From NCBI GenBank assembly GCA_964236955.1, contig CAXSGP010000034.1, positions 1 to 41,944 of the forward strand: a stretch of DNA of 41,944 nucleotides. Direction: 5' to 3'. This DNA comes from an uncultured Oligoflexus sp. GTDB taxonomy: Bacteria > Bdellovibrionota_B > Oligoflexia > Oligoflexales > Oligoflexaceae. The translations under genes were made by a program, and so were the position numbers. The notes beneath the pieces are model-generated. The model saw only the letters and a program-made list of their open reading frames with translations, did not search any database and was not told the origin of the DNA. This document shows, one piece after another, positions 36,995-41,944 of this stretch. Within the stretch, counting starts at the first letter, position 1; each line of letters begins with the position of its first letter.

Positions 36995-37675
36995 TCAGGA
37001 TTCGAAGACTTCACCGTCCTTCAATCGGACTATACGGGTCGCGTGTTTCATGACCAAAGGATCGTGTGTGGAAAAGATGAATGTCGTTTTATGGGTACGG
37101 TTCACGGCCTTCATCAAATCAATGATGCGTTCGCCGGTCGTTGAATCAAGATTGGCCGTCGGTTCATCGGCGAGGACAATGCGCGGCTTGGTGACGAGCG
37201 CGCGGGCGATCGCCACCCGTTGGCGCTGGCCACCCGAAAGTTCGTTGGATTTTTGTTTGGCTTGCGCTCGCAAACCCACTTCGTCCATGAGTTCGGTCAC
37301 CCGGTCGGCACGCTGCTTCGTGGTGAAGCCGCCCTGAATAAGCAGGGGAAATTCAATATTTTGAAAAACCGAAAGCACTGGAATAAGATTGAAGCTTTGA
37401 AAGATAAAGCCAAGCTTCTCAAGGCGCATACTTGTCAGCTCTTGATCGCTCAATTTTGAAATGGGTTTGCCTTCGATATAGACTTCGCCGCGACTTGGTG
37501 TATCCATACAGCCGATCAGATTGAGTAGAGTCGATTTACCGCAGCCCGAGGGGCCGGCGACGCTCGTAAATTCACCGATTTCAAAATTCAAATGAATGTC
37601 ACGGAGAGCTTGAACTTCGGTACTTCCGAGGGGGTAGACTTTCGAGACGTGTTCGATACTGACAGCGTGACTCAT
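36995..37675 (-). CDS. ABC transporter ATP-binding protein (LolD/MacB-like)
   Basis: GPSGCGKS, GFIFQSFNL, LSGGQRQRVAIARAL, LADEPTANLD, STHD. Confidence 0.95.
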   Translation of the reverse strand: MSHAVSIEHVSKVYPLGSTEVQALRDIHLNFEIGEFTSVAGPSGCGKSTLLNLIGCMDTPSRGEVYIEGKPISKLSDQELTSMRLEKLGFIFQSFNLIPVLSVFQNIEFPLLIQGGFTTKQRADRVTELMDEVGLRAQAKQKSNELSGGQRQRVAIARALVTKPRIVLADEPTANLDSTTGERIIDLMKAVNRTHKTTFIFSTHDPLVMKHATRIVRLKDGEVFES

Positions 37676-37756
37676 AGGGAATGTTTTCCTGATGAACGAG
37701 GTTCCATTTCACATTGCAGGAATGAAGATGGTGAGGGAATTGGGCAAAAGAAGCAA

Positions 37757-38899
37757 CTAAATACTATCGTCAGGCTCTGCCATAGGTGCTTCCCCGGTCC
37801 CAGCGCTCAGGCTGACAATCTCGGTCGACGGGGAAAGGCCGCTGAGACTTACCCCAAGCAAACGAATCTTCTTCCGACCAGCCTCCGTCAACCGCATGAG
37901 CCCGCGCGCGACCTCCAGTATCGCGCGGGCCGAAGCGGTCGGTGCGCCTATGGTCTGGCTGCGCGTGAGCAGGACAAAATCCGAATACTTCACCTTCAAA
38001 ACAATGGTTTTGCCTTGTAAGGACCGTTTCCCGAGAGATTGCTCAAGGTCCTCGCAGATCGAGGCGAGTTCCCTGTCGAGCAGGGATAGGTCGAGGGTAT
38101 CAGAGGCAAAAGTCTCTTCCTTACCTAACGACTTCCGTTCGCGATGCACCGTCACCGCTCGTTCGTCTATGCCGCGCACCCTATCATAAAGCCAAGGCCC
38201 CATGTTGCCCAGCTCCTCCTCCAGCGCCTCCGAGGTCCACGACCATAGGTCGCGGCAGTAATGGAAATTGAGTTTTTGCAGCCTTTTTTCCGTAGCGGGA
38301 CCAATTCCGTGGATCTTCCGCAACGGCAGCGAACCCATAAACTTCAGGACTTGAGCGGGCATGACGACAGTGATGCCTTTGGGCTTGTTGATATCACTTG
38401 CGATCTTGGCTACGAGTTTATTGGGCGCGACTCCGGCTGATCCACTCAGGTTAAGTTCATGTAAGATGTCGTCTTGAATTTTCTTCGCAATCTGTGTGGC
38501 ATAAAGCCCGAGAGAACTTCCCGTGACATCGAGATAGGCCTCATCGAGGGATAAGGGCTCGATGCAATCCGTATAGCGTCGAAAGATTGCCCTTATCTGC
38601 TTTGAGACCGCCGTATACCGCTCAAAATCAGGGCGGATAAAGATAGCTTCGGGACAGAGGCGATAGGCCTGACTGCAGGCCATCGCTGAGCGCACCCCAA
38701 ATTTCCTCGCCTCATAACTTGCCGTGCAAACGACGCCCCGAGAATTTGGCGAACCGCCAACGACCAGTGGTTTGCCCGCCAGCTCGGGTTTGTCCCGCAC
38801 CTCAACCGAAGCATAAAAGGCGTCCATATCGAAATGAATGATCTTTCGATTCAGAAGGGAGGGATGAACCCCCTCATAGTTTGAATTGCCTTCGACCAT
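37757..38899 (-). CDS. dinB: DNA polymerase IV
   Basis: HFDMDAFYASVE, ASYEARKFGVRSAM, LSLDEAYLD, AKIASDINKPKG, IRLLGV. Confidence 0.96.
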   Translation of the reverse strand: MVEGNSNYEGVHPSLLNRKIIHFDMDAFYASVEVRDKPELAGKPLVVGGSPNSRGVVCTASYEARKFGVRSAMACSQAYRLCPEAIFIRPDFERYTAVSKQIRAIFRRYTDCIEPLSLDEAYLDVTGSSLGLYATQIAKKIQDDILHELNLSGSAGVAPNKLVAKIASDINKPKGITVVMPAQVLKFMGSLPLRKIHGIGPATEKRLQKLNFHYCRDLWSWTSEALEEELGNMGPWLYDRVRGIDERAVTVHRERKSLGKEETFASDTLDLSLLDRELASICEDLEQSLGKRSLQGKTIVLKVKYSDFVLLTRSQTIGAPTASARAILEVARGLMRLTEAGRKKIRLLGVSLSGLSPSTEIVSLSAGTGEAPMAEPDDSI

Positions 38900-38907
38900 A
38901 AATTTTA

Positions 38908-39945
38908 TTAATCTTCGTGACGATTTTCAATTTCATTCAAACGCTTTTCCAGGCTTTTTATCGATGTTTCATAGTTTTTGAGTCGTTTGAGATAAACGAT
39001 CTGGCGCTTCCATTCCGTCAGTGGAATGGCCGGGTGCCCGCCGTAGCTTCCGCGCTCGGATAAATGGGTGAGGACTGCTGCCTTGGAGGCGATGCGTATG
39101 CCATCGGCCAAGACCAAATGGTCGGCAACCCCCGATTGACCGCCGATAAGAGTCCACTTGCCTATCTTGGTCGAACCAGCGATTCCGACACCGGCCGAAA
39201 ACATACTGTTCGAGCCGATTTCACAGTTGTGCGCGATATGCACCCTATCATCAAACTTGCAGAAATCGTCAATGACGGTTTCGCCATTGGCGGCCCGATC
39301 CACAGTACAAAGCGCTCCGAACTCCACATCGTTGCCCACCCGCACGATTCCCACCTGGGGTATCTTACAGATTTCGCCGCCGCTGACCGTAAAACCAAAG
39401 CCATCCGCGCCGATCACGGTAGCGGCATGAATCAAGACCCGCGCCCCGATCTCGCAGCCATGATACACGACGACGTTTGGATGCAAAACCGAATCGGCCC
39501 CTATCTTCGCGCCACGACCGATATAGACGCCCGGATAGAGAACGACCCGGTCGCCGATCACCGCATCTGTTTCCACATAAGCGCGGGCGTGGATGCGAAC
39601 ATCCTTGCCGATACTGGCGGTTTTATTGACGATCGCCAGCTCGTGTATGCCTAGACTGCCGTGATCAGGTTTATAAAATTCAAGGGCGATCTTCGCAAAG
39701 ATGAACTGGGGGTCCTTGTGGATGAGTTGAATGCCAGGAAAGTCAGGTTGTCGCTCGCGAACGAGCAATGCCGCTGCCGTTGATGCGGGCAATAAACCGG
39801 CAAGAGCCACGTTGCTGTAAAAACTTATTTGGCCAGGACCGGCCCTGTCGAGCGCGGCGACGGAATGGATTTCGGCATCAAGCTGGTGATCAGGAGCGGC
39901 ATGCACCGTCAAAGCAAAGCGGTCGACGATCTCATTGATTCGCAT
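38908..39945 (-). CDS. lpxD: UDP-3-O-(3-hydroxyacyl)glucosamine N-acyltransferase
   Basis: Hexapeptide repeats, IGADGFGF, KIPQVG, VHIAHNC; ATG 39945 with AAAGGCGG upstream. Confidence 0.93.
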   Translation of the reverse strand: MRINEIVDRFALTVHAAPDHQLDAEIHSVAALDRAGPGQISFYSNVALAGLLPASTAAALLVRERQPDFPGIQLIHKDPQFIFAKIALEFYKPDHGSLGIHELAIVNKTASIGKDVRIHARAYVETDAVIGDRVVLYPGVYIGRGAKIGADSVLHPNVVVYHGCEIGARVLIHAATVIGADGFGFTVSGGEICKIPQVGIVRVGNDVEFGALCTVDRAANGETVIDDFCKFDDRVHIAHNCEIGSNSMFSAGVGIAGSTKIGKWTLIGGQSGVADHLVLADGIRIASKAAVLTHLSERGSYGGHPAIPLTEWKRQIVYLKRLKNYETSIKSLEKRLNEIENRHED

Positions 39946-41329
39946 GATCCCGCCTTTCCAGGTAGAGTTCGACCAAGCGCCTGGCATCTCCAACGTAAGA
40001 GCTTGGCATCAGGTTTTTAAGTTCGGTTTTAAGATCGCCTGGGAGTTCGGAACAAGCGTCGATAACCCGCAGAAGATCATCCCTTTGAACACGCTGACCT
40101 CGGGTGGCCGACTTAAGGCGTTCGTAGGCATCGAGGACACCGAACCTACGCATGGCCGTTTGAATCGCTTCGCCAAGGACTTCCCATGCGCCTTCTAGAT
40201 CGGCTTGAATAACCTCGGGACGCGGGCTGATCTTGTCGAGACCTTTGCGCAGCGCTTGGGAGGCAAGCAGGGTATGCGCAAAAAAAGTACCGAGCACCCT
40301 TTGCACCGTGGAGTCGGAAAGATCGCGCTGCCAGCGGGAGATGAGAAGTTTATCGGCAAAATGATTGGCGAGAGAATTGGCCACTCCGAAGTTGCCTTCC
40401 GCATTTTCGAAATCGATGGGATTGACTTTATGCGGCATGGTGGAAGAACCGATTTCTCCGGCCTTCACTTCCTGCTTAAAATAATCATTGGCAATATAGG
40501 CCCAAATATCCCGGCACAGACCGATCGCTATCGTATTGAAACGACGCTGCACATCGGTAAGCGCGATCATGGAATCATGGTTCTCAATCTGAGTCGTAAG
40601 TAGGTTTTGCTTTAAACCGAGCCTTTGCTCGATAAAACCACGCGTAATCTCTATCCAATCGAGTTTGGGATAAGCCGCGAGATGGGCATTATAATTGCCG
40701 ACCGCACCGCTCATCTTGCCTTCAAGCTCGACCCGGACAAGTTCTGCGCGCTGCTTGCGCAAGCGGTGGGCAAAGACCGCGAGTTCTTTCCCAAGGGTGC
40801 TTGGGGAAGCGGTTTGGCCATGGGTCCGCGAGAGCATGGCCATCGATTTATAGTCTTCGGCCATCGTGTCAAGCTTTAACAAGACAGCGTCGATTTCCGG
40901 AAGGAGCACCTGTTCGCGAACGTCCTGCAGCATAAGCGCATAGGATAGATTATTGATATCCTCGGAGGTACACGCAAAATGAACGAAGGCCATCGTTCTA
41001 TGGTTTTCGCCGACGAGGAGTTCACGAAGATAGTATTCGATCGCCTTTACATCGTGATTTGTGGTCTTTTCAAGGTCCTTGACCCGCTGAAGACCTATGG
41101 GATCCACGGCTTTGATCACGCCCTTGAGCCTTTGCGTCGCGAGGGCAGTCAGTTCAAAGTCTATGTCTGGGCTATCGGCAAGGTGGAGGAGCCATTCCGC
41201 TTCCACCCGCAGCCGATAGCTGATCAGGGCAGCCTCGCTCACCAGTGGGGCAAGTTTCTCCAGTTTGCTGCGGTAACGTCCGTCAACTGCCGATATAGAA
41301 TAGAGTTGTTCAATTTCGGAACGATTCAA
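39932..41329 (-). CDS. purB: Adenylosuccinate lyase
   Basis: DGRY, TNHDVKAIEY, HFACTSEDINN, RTHGQ, GSSTMPHKVNPIDFEN; TTG start at 41329 with AAGGAG RBS. Confidence 0.96.
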   Translation of the reverse strand: MNRSEIEQLYSISAVDGRYRSKLEKLAPLVSEAALISYRLRVEAEWLLHLADSPDIDFELTALATQRLKGVIKAVDPIGLQRVKDLEKTTNHDVKAIEYYLRELLVGENHRTMAFVHFACTSEDINNLSYALMLQDVREQVLLPEIDAVLLKLDTMAEDYKSMAMLSRTHGQTASPSTLGKELAVFAHRLRKQRAELVRVELEGKMSGAVGNYNAHLAAYPKLDWIEITRGFIEQRLGLKQNLLTTQIENHDSMIALTDVQRRFNTIAIGLCRDIWAYIANDYFKQEVKAGEIGSSTMPHKVNPIDFENAEGNFGVANSLANHFADKLLISRWQRDLSDSTVQRVLGTFFAHTLLASQALRKGLDKISPRPEVIQADLEGAWEVLGEAIQTAMRRFGVLDAYERLKSATRGQRVQRDDLLRVIDACSELPGDLKTELKNLMPSSYVGDARRLVELYLERRDHANQ

Positions 41330-41521
41330 ACAAGGCTCCTTCCGCAATCCATGGGATATTTGGCATAGAAAAGGCGCCAAATTTGGCCGAGCTGAAAGAA
41401 TTTTCAGTCAAGATCCTATATCATGGGCTTATCAGCAGTTCCAGTGGACAGCTGCAACTTGTTCGGATAAATAACCGTTGCATAGCGCACGTAAAAATCC
41501 TCCTGCAGAAAGGCTGAATCC

Positions 41522-41944
41522 ATGGGAAATGTCAGCATCCTTGTTGGTGCCCAGTGGGGTGATGAAGGTAAAGGGAAATGGATCGATATCCTGGCAAGTG
41601 ATGTCGAAATAGTTGCCCGCTTCCAAGGCGGTAATAACGCCGGTCATACTCTCTATGTCGATGGCCAAAAAGTTGTTCTCCACCAAATTCCAAGTGGAAT
41701 TTTTCATCCCAACAAGATCTCGGCCCTGACCGCAGGCGTGGTCGTTAATCCTTCGCAGCTGCTTCTGGAAATCCGCAAGGTCTCTGCATTTGTTCAATTG
41801 ACTCCCGAACGCCTTTGGCTTTCGGCGCGAGCTCATGTCATTTCACCTTGGCATATTCACCTCGATAGCAAGACCGAAACCGAAGCAGCCAAGCCGATTG
41901 GAACAACGAAACAAAACATTGAACCTACCTATGCTGAAAAAGCC
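41522..41944 (+). CDS. purA: Adenylosuccinate synthetase, 5' part (runs off the window; absent from the ORF track)
   Basis: Manual translation: MGNVSILVGAQWGDEGKGKWID...RFQGGNNAGHT...LHQIPSG...IGTTK. Confidence 0.96.
   Translation, partial: MGNVSILVGAQWGDEGKGKWIDILASDVEIVARFQGGNNAGHTLYVDGQKVVLHQIPSGIFHPNKISALTAGVVVNPSQLLLEIRKVSAFVQLTPERLWLSARAHVISPWHIHLDSKTETEAAKPIGTTKQNIEPTYAEKA

Noticed and set aside
41432..41836. 134-aa minus-strand ORF
   Set aside because: Antisense shadow of purA, which has clear motifs on the plus strand.

Overview
A bacterial chromosomal window of intermediate GC content with dense gene packing. Gene content (CheX/CheA-like/CheY module, Tim44 protein, secreted S8 protease, LolA-like ABC system, sigma-28-type promoters on lipoprotein genes) suggests Bdellovibrionota/Oligoflexia or a related deltaproteobacterial lineage; this is inference only. 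In order: (1) an atypical chemosensory-like cluster: CheX-like, PAS-PAS-'pseudo-Hpt'-HATPase CheA-like, CheY, and a STAS-like protein with a CheZ-like motif; (2) a lipoprotein cytochrome c on a tandem-repeat Pro-rich stalk; (3) a degenerate DEDDh exonuclease fused to GIY-YIG; (4) a DUF2868 + DUF3482 GTPase pair; (5) YqcI/YcgG + DUF1989 behind a candidate sigma-54 promoter, running into the four-gene ligase-associated DNA damage response cluster; (6) AsmA and Tim44 proteins with a structured intergenic region; (7) a late cobalamin (salvage/nucleotide loop) operon headed by a CDF transporter and a response regulator; (8) an S8 protease and a lipoprotein; (9) a five-gene Lol/MacB-like envelope ABC system; (10) purB-lpxD-dinB and a divergent purA truncated by the window end. 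No rRNA, tRNA, CRISPR array or mobile element was seen. The strongest novelty candidate is the receptor-less chemosensory-like module at 351-4987, whose kinase lacks its phospho-acceptor histidine.
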